Of a DNA stretch of 64,000 bases, positions 48,531 through 64,000 are shown piece by piece. This DNA comes from the human T2T-CHM13v2.0 reference genome, Homo sapiens. Position numbers and translations under genes: made by a program. The notes below the pieces were generated by a model that worked only from the letters and a program-made list of their open reading frames with translations, was not told the origin of the DNA and did not search any database. Within the stretch, counting starts at the first letter, position 1, and every line of letters starts with the position of its first letter. The stretch lies in NCBI RefSeq assembly GCF_009914755.1, contig NC_060932.1. One strand, 5' to 3'.

Positions 48531-49102
48531 TGTACTGCCATTATCAGGAGAGAAAAAAGAAGCTAAAGAAAGGAATGAACAAAAAAGTTACAGATTAAGT
48601 AAAACTGTGCCATCTAAGAATGAAAAGAAAAACAGTGAGATGAAGAACAGAGTTTGGAACTATTAAGAAGAATGCTCTAAAGGTACGGCCAGGATGGAAA
48701 GGACTACTGCAAAAACAAATGAGAGAAAACAGAAGTAGACCAGTTCCAAGGGATGAAAGAAATTTAAAAGATTTTGAAAAGCAGCTAAAATAATTATTCA
48801 CATGAAAACCTGGTGAACAGAAAGAAACAAAGTATGTTCAATTTTTCTTTTACATTCCTACCATACTTTTAATTTTATTCATACCTCCAAAACATAGCCT
48901 GTACTTATCAAAGTGCTGACAACTGTTTAGGTTCTTAGAGAAATAATTACGTTTCCAGAATCCTGGAGCAGTTCTACAATTAGCCACAGGATTCTAGTCT
49001 TTCTAAACAAGTTTTTCATTTTTAATAAGTGGAATTAATAAAATCTGTTTTATTTGACTAAACTAATTTCTTCTATTCTTACCTTATGTTACCTCAATAC
49101 TA

Positions 49103-49439
<337 letters not shown>

Positions 49440-49667
49440 TCATCTGAGAGCTATGCCTAACTTCAAAATTTCTTTCTTTTAAAGATCATTGTTTGAAGAG
49501 TAAGGGGAAGAGGTCAGGAGAGATGAGGTCAAAGTAATTACTACGAGAACTTCTCTCTTGAAAAGGAGAAACCCAGCAAGCACAAAGTACAGTTCATCTC
49601 CCAATCCTTACTTTCTGTATTTCTTCTACTGTACCCCTCAGACACAAACGAGAAATATAAAAGGAGA

Positions 49668-50010
49668 TGATATGGTTTGGCTCTGTGTCCCCACCAAAAT
49701 CTCACCTTTAATTGTAATAATCCCCACGTCTCAAGGGTGGAACCAGGTAGAGATAACTGAATCAAGTGGGTGGTTCCCTCATGTTGCTCTCTTGATGGTG
49801 AATGAGTCTGACAAGATCTGATGGCTTTATAAGGGGTTTCCCCTTTTACTCGGTATTCATTTCTCTTTCCTGCTGCCCTATAAAGAGGTGCCTTTTGGCA
49901 CAATTTTAAGTTTCCTGAGGCCTCCCCAGCCAGCCCTGCAGAACTGTGAGTCAATTAAACCTCTTCCTTTATAAATTACCCAATCTCTAGCAGTTCTTTA
50001 TAGCAAACAA
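49668..50010 (+). mobile_element. THE1/MSTA MaLR solo LTR
   Basis: tgatatggtttggctctgtgtccccacc...gaactgtgagtcaattaaacctct..tttataaattacccaatct. Confidence 0.88.
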
Positions 50011-50029
50011 ATATAGGAGGCAACAGCAG

Positions 50030-51880
50030 GAGGTAAGTCAAAGTCTGGAAAGTGGAAAGCAGATGAAGAAGTTGTAGCTAGCTTAGCAGATGTGAGTAAC
50101 TGAAACCTAACCTGCAGAGGAAGAAGCCAACAAAGAGCTCACAGTAAGGTGATGTGTCACCCAGAACCCTAGAAAGCCTCCAGAATTAGGAGTACACCTG
50201 GTACATTTAAAGATGAATCCTGGAAGGGGCTGAAACAGAAAGATTTGTCTGGAAGTCTTTTCAAGGTATTATGAAATCTCCCTATCAACTCTTTGACCCC
50301 ATGCAGTCAGGTGCCTACCCCTTCCTAATAGGGGTTTCCTGTTGGGAGAGGCTAAAACAGAGAGGCTCTGGATACCAGGCATAGTTGAGGGTGAAATCCA
50401 TGTGTCACCCTGCAAATAAGGAGATGGGAGTTCCAAGGTTTCATACTGAAAAATAAGATTCCAAGACTCTTTTCTCATTTGCCCCTCAGAAGACACATCC
50501 AGGGTTCCAAACCACAGGAACAGAAAGATAATGAGGAGAACAGAAGAAAAAAAATGCAAAAAAAAAAAAAAAAAAAAAATCCTCAGGCACATAAGAGAAA
50601 GACTACACCCATTAAACAAGAATAGGAAGGCTTAAAAGGAATATTCTGAGAATGAGGAAGAACTCTGGGAAATCAAAAATAAAATAGCTGATGTGAAAAT
50701 GTCAGAGAGGGACTAGAAAACAAACTTGAGGAAATCTTCCTAGAAAACAGAACAACAACAAAAACAGAAATAGGGGGAGAAAAGAAAAACCACAAGACCA
50801 TCCATAAGATTGGCATCTCAGAAATAAATAACAGCAAAAATAAAAGTAAAGAAATTATTAAAGAAATAAGAAATTTCTCAGTTTAAAGTATATGAATTTC
50901 TAGATTAAAACTCAAATGTCCAACACAATTTATCAAATACACATATAAAATACACATATCTCAGAACCCCTGAGAAAATAGAAAAGCATCGAGAGGGAAG
51001 AGAAGGGTAAAAGTTTCATATACAGGCTGAAGAATCAGGTGTTGAAATTTTAACAGCAATGCTGGGAGGTACAAGACAAGGGTGCGATGCCTTCCCAACT
51101 CCGTGAAAATTTACTTCCAATTTAGAATTACAGCTTAGAAAAAAACTATCAAGTGTGTGGCAAATATAAAAAAATTTCAGACCACAAGATCTCAAAAAAA
51201 AAGTTTACTTCCCATGTATCCTTCACAGGGAAGGCCCTAAAGTATGTACTCCATTAAAACAAGAAAGTAAACCAAGAACAAGGGAAACTGTCCAGAAAAT
51301 AGTCAACTCAACAAAGGACAGAGGCCAGAGAAATTTTCAGGATAATGGTGAAGAGAAGAACCTTAACAGCAGCTCTGCAGCAGGCATATCGATCAATCTG
51401 CAATACAAGAGGAGGATAAAGAGCTCTAAGGGTTGGGTAGGGTGTACGTTGGGAAAGGAACGAAAAAAACTGCATGATGTGCTTGACTGGTAAAGACTTT
51501 GGGGACAGAAAGATGTAGAAAAGTGTATGTGTGGAGTATGTACCAGAGTTAAACCCTCATTTTCCATAGCAGAAAGTACATTTAATTTTTTTACTTTTAT
51601 ATTACTTCTCATAATATTTAAACATGAGAAACCAAGAGATAGCACAAACTACCCATAGTGGTAAGTAATAAAATAAATAGTTACAATAGGTGGTAAAGTG
51701 GTTGCCTCTGGCAAAGGGGAAGCAGAAATGGCCAGTGGCAGGGAAGGAGAACAGGATATTTTGGTATTTTAAATTATAAACCTTGAGTTTTTATACTATT
51801 AATCTTGTATAAATTCTGCCTTTTTATATATGTATTATTTTGAGTATGAGTACTACTTTGATGAATATAATGATCAAATA
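50030..51880 (+). mobile_element. Very old L1/HAL1-like ORF1 and 3' remnants
   Basis: gaactctgggaaatcaaaaataaaatagctga, acagcaatgctgggag, tttacttcccatgtatcc. Confidence 0.55.
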
Positions 51881-53779
51881 CAAAAAAGAGTAGTCATGTC
51901 TTGACTTCAACAAACTCCAAGATATTAAGAAAAACTCTAAGATATCTGAATGAAGAAAATCAAGATGCAAGAATGGCATATAAAAAAGAGGTGAAGAGAG
52001 TATTCCACTTTTCCTTAGAATCTGGAAACATAACAATGACAAACAGCCAATCTGAAAAAGACAATTGCAACTTTTCTTGAACCCTTTAGAGACCTGAGAT
52101 TACAAGGTAAACAAGCAAAATGAATTCTAGTGAGTGATAAATCCTTCTGGGAGAGATAGGACTCACAAAAATGTTAACAGCTTTGGCAGGGCAGGGATAG
52201 CAGAGATGACTGCCATGAATGTAAGTAAGAAGAAAGTAGATGAAATGTTAAATTCTTAAAGCCTGAGTATGAGCTAGCATGATAGTTTAGAAAAACTGGG
52301 AGCTCCAGACAGCAGCTCTTTTCCATTGTCCTGCCCTGGATTCTCAGAAGGACAACTGGGGCTACAGCTGCAGACCAGAGAGAGCCCAACTTGGTGCAGG
52401 AATGCAGCTGGTTAATGGCTGCACTAAGGGATAAGCACAGAACCTTGCCACTTCTCTAGGCCATTCTCCAATACAAAACAAAAAATTTAAGCCACCGGGG
52501 GAAGGGTAGAAACAAATCCTATATGCCGTTGGGGCAAAGGCAGGAAATTCTCTGGTCCTAAGAGCTCAGTAAAGCTTCATTGCTTCTGAAGAGGATTAAA
52601 AGCAAAAGCTATATGCTCCTGGGGAAAAAAAAAGATAGAAAACCTACTTGAGAGTAAGACACTACACCAGTATAAAGCAGAGGTCTGCAAATGCTGGGAA
52701 ATGTACAGGAAACTCTCTCATGCCCAAACTGCCCAAAAATCCAAGATAAAATTTGGTTACCACAGAGAAGACAGCAAAAACAGAAAGATCCACCTCTGAC
52801 ATCCAGGCTCACAGAATCTGCCAGAAAATGAAGCTGGACAAAAAAATCAAGAACTATGACACCCACCACAATCCCAGGATTAAATAATAAATAGCAGCAG
52901 TCTACTACAGAGCCTGAAGAGAGATAACCCCATGCCATGACACAGCAAAGAAGAGACCTCTAAACCTGAGGGCTGAGCAGAGAAACTGTGAAAAAATCCT
53001 CTCAAAACCTCACATTACACAAAGCATGGGTAACAGCATATCACTATTGAAGGAATTTGTAGTTAACAGTGACTATGGCAATAACAAAACCCAAAATGAA
53101 TTCAGTTAATAACTAGACTGATGCAACCCTCGATCCAAAAAGTCTGAGAGAGAGACATATGCTGATTTCTCAACAAATACTATTTGACTTAGCCTCTACT
53201 ATTTTTCTGTTGCAAGGTCCAACACTCATTCAAAAATTATGAGATACCCAAAACTGCAAGAAGAAATAAACCACTGCCAAAACACAGGGAAGTCAACCAA
53301 ACAGGGCCCAGGGATGACCCTGATGCTAGACCTTTCAGAAAGGTATTTTACAACACCTATGATTCATTGGTTGAAAGACCAACTGGAAAAAGCAGATAAC
53401 ATACATGAGCATATGGGGAATTTCAGCACACCAATAGAAACCACAGAACAAAAACATAAGGAAATCCTAAACGAAAAATATTAGAGATCAAAACATTGAT
53501 GTCATTATTAATAATGCATTAATTCAGACTGCACACAGCTGAAGAAATATTGTTGAACTTGTAGACAAATCAACAGAAATTACTCAAACTGTTTAATAAA
53601 GAAAATCCTATAAGACAATACCAATGGTCTAATGAATGTATAAATGGAAACTCCAAGGAAAAGAGGGAGAAAACAAGGAATAAAATATATTTTAAAAGAT
53701 AATAGCTAAGAACTTGTCAAAATAACTGATTCCATGACATCAAATCACAGATCCAAAATGCTCAGAGAACCCTATAAGG

Positions 53780-54180
53780 ACAAGGAGGATGACAAAGATG
53801 AGGATGAGGATGAGGAAGGAAGAGAAGCAGGAGGAGGAAGAGGAAGAGGAGGAGGATAAAGAAGACAAGGAAAAGGAGAAGGGAAGAAGAAAGAGGAGGG
53901 AGGAGGAGAAGGAAGAGGGAAGAGGAGAGAAGAAGAACAATAGGGAAGGAGGAAGAGAAGAAAGAATAAAGAGGAGATAGAAGAAAGAGGAGAAGGAAGT
54001 AGGGGGAGAAGGAAGTAGGAGGAGAAGAAAAAACGAGAGAAGAAATGAGAAGAAGGAAGGAAGAGGATAAGAAGAAGAAGAAGAAAAGGTGGAGGAAAAG
54101 GAGAAGGAAGAAAAATAGAAAGAAGGGAGGAAGAAGGGTGGGAAAAGAGTACAGGGGCAGAGGAGAAAGGAAGAAACAAA
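53780..54180. repeat. GA-rich low-complexity polypurine tract (~400 bp)
   Basis: Almost only G/A on the plus strand (gaggaggaagaggaagag...). Confidence 0.95.
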
Positions 54181-54454
54181 AAAAATCAATTAGATACATC
54201 ACAACCAAATTGTTGGAAAATAAAGAAAAGAAATATATTAAAGGCTGAGAGAGGAAAAAAAATACATCAACAAGAACAAGTAAGAATTACAACAGACTTT
54301 ACATTGAAAATTATGCCTATCAGGAGACAAGGGAGCAAGATCTTTAAAGTACTAAAAGAAACAGGAAACCCAGAATCCTATATCCAGAAAAAAATAACTT
54401 TCAAAAATGAAGGTGATTCATTGGAGGCTTAAAAAAGAAAAAATAACGTGAAAT

Positions 54455-54850
54455 TTTCTGCTAGAGCAGTCACTGAAGAGCAGCAGCCATAGTTCTGCAT
54501 TACCCCATGCCCATGGGCCTCAACCAGGGCCCAAGGTGAACAAGAATATGAGCAAGCTGAGGCAGGGCTGCCACCCTGGACACCTCACCAAGCACACAAA
54601 GCTTGTGTAAGACATCATCTGGGAGGTGTGTGGCTTCCCCCTGAAAGTGGCATGCCATGAAGCTGCTCAAAGTCTCCAAGGACAAGCGGGCCCTCAAGTT
54701 CATTAAGAAAAGGATGAAAACACACATATGCACCAACAGGAAGCAAGAGGAGCTGAGGCAATATCCTGACTGCCATGAGGAAAGCAGCTGCCAAGAAGGT
54801 CTGAGCCCCCACCCCACTTTGTGTATAATAAAACCTGCAAAGAAAAAAAA
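54455..54850 (+). pseudogene. RPL36 processed pseudogene
   Basis: Intronless match to RPL36 (YPMPMGLNQG.., LTKHTK.., [17 protein letters not shown].., AMRKAAAKK); start mutated to ATA (54489), frameshifts, TGA 54802-54804, AATAAA 54827-54832, A tail. Confidence 0.93.
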
Positions 54851-55791
54851 TGAAAGTGAAATAAAGACTTTTTTGGCAAACAAAAGCTGAGAGAATGCAC
54901 TGCCTACAGATCTGCTAAAATAAGTAATATTAAAGGAAGTCCTTCAAGCAAGGAAGGGGTATAATACCAGAAAGAAATTTGAATTTACACAAATAAATGA
55001 AGGATATTGAAAATAATCAAAATGAGAGTAAATATAAAAGGCATTTTCTGCTGATTTTAATCACTTAAAAAGATAACTGACTATATAAAGCAAAATTAGT
55101 AACAATGAATTGTACGGTTTGAAAAATATAGAAAACTAAAATGTATAGCCACAATAGGAGGTCAGAGAAACTTAGAGAAGTAACATATGTGACCACAATA
55201 GAGGTCAAAAAAGAAAAAAAGTAAACAGAGTAAGTGCGGGGAAAAAAAAAGGCAACTAATAAAATGGTGTGTTTAAATACAACAATCTCAATAACTTCAG
55301 TAAGTGCAAATGGTCTAATCACCCTAACTAAAGGGCAAAGTTTGTCAAATTAAATTTTAAAGAACAAGACCCAATTATATGCTTTCTAAAAGAAACCAAT
55401 TTAAAGATAGGTTAAAAGTAAGCACAGGGAAAAAAATATCCCATGCAAACACCAGTCAAAATAAAACTGGAGTAGCTATATTAATATCAAACAAAACAGA
55501 TTTCAGAACAAGGAATAAAGGGAAATATCCAATAGAAGTGGTCAAGTCAACAAAGACACAACACTAACTGTATACATATATAACAACAAAGTTTCAAAAT
55601 GCATAAAACAAAAACTAATAAAACTGTAAGAAGTAGAAGTAGGAAAATCCAAACTTATAGTTGGAAACTTTAACACTGGACAAAACAAGTAATCATAACA
55701 GATACAGGGCCTGAAAGAAGAAATCAAGAGGGAAATCAGAACATATTTTGAGTTGAATGAAAGTAAAAACCCATACAGCGTGTATCCCAGA

Positions 55792-55826
<35 letters not shown>

Positions 55827-56487
55827 AAGAGAGAGACAAGAAAAACCCAACTTGTCAAAATGTGTAGGGCAGAGCTAAATCAGTACTTAAAGAAAAATTC
55901 ACAGCATTAAATGCTTATATTAGAAAAAAGAAAGTTCTCAGATGTATAGCCTAAGCTTCTACCTCACAAAATTAGAAAAGAACAAAAAATTAAAAACAAA
56001 AACAAGTGAAGGATAAAATAAAGAGCAGAAATCAAAAAAACTGAAAATAGAAAAACAGAGAAAAATCAATGCAACTAAAACCTAATTGTTTGAAAAGACT
56101 TAAAATTTTATAAACCCCCTAGCTAAACTGAACAGAAGAAAAAGAGAAAAGAAATAAATGATCAATATCAGAAATGAAAGTGAGTATCATTACAGATTCT
56201 GCTACTACTAAAAGAGTAAAGAAATGTTATTTAGATTTTGCCACTATTAAAAGAAAAAGGGAATGTTATAAACAATTTTATACTAGTAAATTCAACAACT
56301 TAGATGAAATCAACTAATTCTTTGAAAGACTAAAACTGCCAAAGTTCATTCAAGCAGAAGTAGGTAACCTAAGTAACCCTATCTATTTTTAAAATCTGAG
56401 TTTGTAGTTAAAAAACCCTTTCCACAGAGAAAATTCTAAGCCCAAAAGCCTTCACTGGTAACTTCTACCAAATAATTAAGAAATACC

Positions 56488-57422
<935 letters not shown>

Positions 57423-57784
57423 TGTGATGATTAACTTTACATGTCAACTTCTCTGGGCCACAGTGCCAAATGGTCAAACATTATTCTGAGTGTTTCTGCA
57501 AGAGTGTTTTTGGGTGAGATTTACATTTAAAGTGGTGAACTCTGAGTAAAGCAGATCACCCTCCACAATGTGGGTAGTCCTCATCTAATCAGCTGAAGGG
57601 CCTGAACAGAACAAAACGCTGACCTCCCTGGGCAAGTGGGAATTTTCCAGCAGACTGTTTTTGGACTGAAATTTCAACTCTTTCCTGAGTCTCCATCCTG
57701 TCAGGCTGTCCCATCAGATTTTACACTAGCCAAGCCTCCACAATCACATGGGCCAATTCCTTAATATATATACACAGACAGACA

Positions 57785-57815
<31 letters not shown>

Positions 57816-57855
57816 GTTGATGGTTCTTTTTCTTTGGAGAACCCTGACTTATACA
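57423..57855. mobile_element. MLT2 (ERVL) solo LTR with (CA)n
   Basis: tgtgatgattaactttacatgtcaactt...ggtcaaacattattctg...tttctttggagaaccctgacttataca. Confidence 0.88.
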
Positions 57856-59074
57856 GTGGTTATGCAAAAAATGTTTTTCAAATTAATGAAATTAATTAAT
57901 GCTGGTTTTTTGTTGTGTTTGCTTTCACTTAATTTACAAATACATGTCTGTGAGGAGATTTATTTTGACATATTTTTATAGATCACTCACCAGTTTTAAG
58001 TCAATATAAATGTGTTAAGTTAAAACAACATATATACAATATAAGGACTATAGAAACTGGAACACATGTTAGGTTTCACGTTACAAATACTTTTAAAAGA
58101 AGAAAAAGTGTTGACTAGCCAGGTTATAAAAACAGAATTGAAATCTCTAGCAATAATACACAGACAAAGATTTTTTAAAATCATTCAAAAGAATTGCCTA
58201 GAAAACAAAAAAGTACATCTAAGTGTCTTTATATATTTTTGTTTCTAATTCTAAACTTTTAAAATGTGTTCCTGTAGAAACTAAAAAAATCTCTGAAACA
58301 GAATTCTTGTGTGAGAAGATGGCCTGGTCTAAAGCATATTACTTTTGATAAAAGTAATTAGTAAGCCTGTTTTGTGAATGTTCACATAAATAAAATGTTT
58401 GGTAGAAATAATGTCTACATATCCACAGATAACAAAATGATACTTAATACAAAATGGAAATAAGCCAATTTCTGCCAAGTTATCTGCCAAGTTCTGAATT
58501 CAGGGTTCTCTGCTTCCCTTGTAACAGATGTAGGTGTTAATGATGTCATTAACTGTTGCAGAAAAAATAGGGGACCATGAACACAGGTCTTGGCAGAAAA
58601 TAAACACCCTATGAGTTCACCTTTAAATTTAAAGTAAATAGAAAAATTAGTTTATAGAGTGTCTGTCCAATATAGTTCCTGCCCTAAAGGGATAAGTCAG
58701 AATTTTTATTTCCAGTGTTTTCAGCTGTATTCCAAAAATAAAGGCTAACAACCTGTGTTCTTAAAAGGCACAAATTAAGACTGTGTCTATATGGCAAAAA
58801 CAACCAGTCAACAAGTTAAAAATGTTAAATTGGTATTACATAAAATATGTACAACCATACAACAAACTTTTTGTATTTTCTAATCATAAGATTATAAATA
58901 CTCATTAATATCTCATCTTACTCCATATGTTATTTTGTGCTTGGATCATCTATCTTTGTATTGCCTCAGAAAAGTTAAAATTGACATTTACTTTAATATC
59001 AGTTAAGATCAAAATTTATTAATCACTTTGATATTATGACAGATAGGATACATACATGTAAACTTAACTCTTAC

Positions 59075-59206
59075 CTTCTCAAGTTGATCCTGAAGATTAG
59101 TGGATGCTTTATAACCAAGTTGTAACAGCATTGCTTCTGCAGCATTTTTTTTGGCTATCTTTTTATTAGGTCCTGTTCCTGTAGCAACTTCATTGCCTAC
59201 CTTCAC
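59075..59206 (-). CDS. STAU2: STAU2 coding exon (132 nt, phase 0/0), C-terminal half of dsRBD4
   Basis: Translates VKVGNEVATGTGPNKKIAKKNAAEAMLLQLGYKASTNLQDQLEK, with the dsRBD G-x-G-x-x-K-K-x-A-x-x-x-A-A motif; recognised as Staufen-2. Acceptor TTTAATCTTATCAG|GTG and donor AAG|GTAAGA. Confidence 0.97.
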
Positions 59207-59743
59207 CTGATAAGATTAAAGAAATAAATTAAAGAAATACATTTATGATAAATTTAAACAGGAAGTCCTTACATCATAAAGCAATTCTACTCTCTAGCAT
59301 TTGAAAACATAAAGTTCAGTCCAAAGTAAAAATGGCAACTAAGATAACATTTATGTAATGTTGTATATGTACATGAAAAAATGGTCCTTAAAGTATCAAT
59401 GGAGGATTATCTCAGGATGGTAGAATTTTATAGAATTTTTACTTCCATATATATTTATATGCTATTTGATTTTTTAAACACTAAATTTATATTATTTATA
59501 TAAGCAGAAAAATAAAATTTACATTTTAACAGCGTTCATGTTGGTTATGACTACATTTTAGCATTCTTATATTTCAATTAATAAACTGAAAAGGCTAAAA
59601 TTCATATTGGTGCCATTTAAAATAATGTTCAAATTGCAACATTATGTAAACATTCAAGTTTACAAAGATTTATATTAAATAGTTCCTGAAGAGAATTAAT
59701 ATACAAGTGTTCCTACAACATTATGATTAAAAACAAGGCTTCT

Positions 59744-60082
<339 letters not shown>

Positions 60083-60490
60083 CTAGCTGTACGAACTGGT
60101 ACAAATTATTTAATATCTCTAAGCCTCAGGTTTTTCATCAGTAAAGCCGGGGTAATACCAACTACTGCACAATGTTGCTTTGAAAATTAAACAAGATAAT
60201 GTATGTAAACCACAGCATTTAATCCATCACAATTGCTCCAAAAAAAAGATTTTTATCATTAGAACTATTCTACAGTTATCTTCTGTGAGCAATTTATACA
60301 TGTACTTAAATACACATCAACCATACAACTATAAAAAGTAAAGTAGATAGCAAAAAAGGATAGAATTACAAGGAGAAATAGAAAATACACAACTATAGTT
60401 GAATTTCTTTTTACACAGTGGTCTCAGTAAGTGATTGAAGAAGTAGTTAAATAGTTAATCACAACTTTGGAAATTAAACAGTGTAATTCT

Positions 60491-60790
60491 GGTCAGGTGT
60501 GGTGGCTTATACCTGTAATTCCAACACTAGGAGGATTGTTTGAGGCCAGGAGTTTGAGACCCGCCTGGGCAATATAGTGAGACCCCATTTTTACAAAAAA
60601 AATTTTAATTAGCTAGGCATGATGGTGCATGGCTGTAGTCCCAGCTACTTGGGAGGCTGAGGTGGGAAGACTGCTTGAGCCCAGGAGTTCAGGGCTGCAG
60701 TGAACCATGATCACATCACCACACTGCACCCTGGGCAACAGAGTAAGACCACATCTCTAAAAAAATTAAAATTAAAAATTAAAAATTTTA
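60491..60790 (+). mobile_element. AluJ-type
   Basis: TSD TAAACA(G/A)TGTAATTC. Confidence 0.9.
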
Positions 60791-61258
60791 TAAACAATGT
60801 AATTCCAAATTACCTAAGGGCAAAAGAAGAAATTCCAGTGAAAACTAGAAAATATTTTAAATAATCCATGGACATATATCAAAACTTGAAGGACACAGCA
60901 AAAGGAGGGTCTAGAAGAAAATGCATAGCCGTTAACAGCTTACAGGAGGGCAAAAAAGTAATGAGCTAAACATCCACCTCAAGAAGTCCCAAACATATCA
61001 GCAAAACAAACCCAGAGAAAATAGAAGAATAAAAAGCAAAAAGGAAATACAAAACAAAGTACAATAAAGTTAGAAAAGCCAAAAGTTGGTTCTCTAATAA
61101 GACTAATAAAACAATAAACCAAAAGTAAGACTGATCAAGAAAAAAAATACGAGTTCTTCTCTGAGATGGGTATTTTTAAAAAAGAAAAGAAGAAGAGAAG
61201 ACACAAATAAGAAATGAAATAATTAAAAAGGGAGATTACCATCACTTCTGTAGCATTA

Positions 61259-61627
<369 letters not shown>

Positions 61628-61989
61628 CTAAAATTTAAAAACATATTTAGATACAATGGAAAAATTCCTAGACAATACAGATTACCAAATTGCCACAGAA
61701 TAAGCCTAAAGAATATGACTAAAACTACTAATGAAATTAAACCATAATTAAAAACTTCGCAAAAAGGACTCTTCAGATCTTCTCCATAAAGTTCTACTCA
61801 ATATTTAAGGAAGAATTATGCTATTCTTTTCATCCAAATTCATCCATAAAACACGAAATGAGAAATCAGTCCCCAATTATTTTATGAGCTCTCATTTTGA
61901 TTCCAAATCCCAACAAGAACAGTATAAGAAAATTTACAGAACAGTTTCACTCATGAACATAGATGCAAAAGTTTTAAACAGTATAATGA

Positions 61990-62435
<446 letters not shown>

Positions 62436-63439
62436 TAGAAGAAAACCTTTTAAATATGATAAAGGGCATTTTACAAAACACCTACAGCAAACCTCAGGAA
62501 ACACTGTACTTAATGTTGAACGAAACTAATTAGAAACAAGACAAGGATGTTCCCTATTATTACTACTGTTTAACAGTTTACACAAATCCTAGACAGAGAA
62601 ATAAGGCAAGGAAAAGTAAAAAAAGAAGCAGAAGGGAAAAGAACTCATTATTTATAGATGTGATTTCATATATAAGGAATCTAAGAAACTCCACAGATGA
62701 ATTATAAGAATTGATTAGATTGTAATAAGCTCAGTATGAAAAAGAGGACTGCATTTCTACATTCCATCCACATTCAAGTAGAAGATGAAAAATATTAAAA
62801 AGATAACATTTACATTAAATGAAAATCAAATACCTATGATGTGCAAATCTTCTACATAGAAAACAAAGTCTTATTGAGAAACTTTAAGAAAAACCTCATA
62901 AACAGAGCAAAATGCCATGTTCATGGATTGAAGACAATACTAATGTAATAGTATCAGTTCTCTTCAAATTGACCTAAACTCAATTAATTGAACTCAATGA
63001 AAACTCAATCAAAATTCCATATATCTTTTTACAATACTTGAACAAGATGATTCCAAAATTTACATGGAAATGTGAAGTGCTAAGAACAGCCAAAATCCTT
63101 TTGAGGAAGAGCAAGGTGTGGGACACTTATTTGTCTGGATATCTAGACTTATTATGAAGTTAATATAAAGAAAAAATTTAAATTTGACTACACTAAAAAT
63201 TACTCTTGTTCTTCTAAAAGCATTATTTAGAAAGGAAAGTCACAACACAAGAGGAGGTATTTAAAATGCCATATAACTGCAAAGGGCTTGCATCCAGAAT
63301 ATACAGGAGGTTCCCATATATCAGTTTTTTTAAAAAACGAGCAGAAAAATGAGCAAGAAAAGTGGGCAATCCATATCTGAAAAGCTGAATTGTTTTACCA
63401 GTTATCATTTTACTTAAAAAAAAGTTAGAAAGTTTCAAT

Positions 63440-63978
<539 letters not shown>

Positions 63979-64000
63979 TCCAACAGTACTTTTAAGCTTC

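Larger units (their letters stand above)
51960..56487 (+). mobile_element. Old L1 (5' UTR, ORF1, ORF2 EN region) carrying a GA-rich tract and RPL36 retrocopy
   Basis: ORF1 remnants 53240-53780 and 54190-54960; EN-like KKISHANTSQNKTGVAILISNKTDFR at 55379-55567. Confidence 0.8.

Noticed and set aside
53740-54248. Several 60-150 aa ORFs rich in S/F/L or E/K/R
   Set aside because: Artefacts of the GA-rich low-complexity tract.

Overview
Primate (most likely human) genomic DNA inside the STAU2 (Staufen-2, dsRNA-binding protein) gene, which is transcribed on the minus strand. Three coding exons splice in frame: 59206-59075 (C-terminal half of dsRBD4), 46742-46682 (61 nt, missed by the ORF track) and 16228-15921. 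The last exon's donor GTATGA also reads Val-stop into a repeat-free, terminal-exon-like 3' UTR with several poly(A) signals. The rest is intron and mostly interspersed repeats: a near full-length L1PA5/6-like LINE-1 antisense to the gene, about 20 Alus, old L1/L2/MIR, MaLR/ERVL LTRs, MER2/MER6/MER103 DNA transposons and an RPL36 processed pseudogene. Best leads: (1) the L1 keeps an ORF0 start and a donor whose phase matches the next STAU2 exon, so an in-frame ORF0-STAU2 chimera is possible; (2) a dense AP-1/Oct/NF-kB/ETS/RUNX motif cluster near 25 kb; (3) an unexplained GC-rich, retrocopy-like segment at 23.2-23.75 kb; (4) closely spaced inverted Alus in the pre-mRNA of a dsRNA-binding protein. 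I see no evidence for a wholly new biological system. Repeat subfamily names and most repeat boundaries were judged by eye and are approximate.
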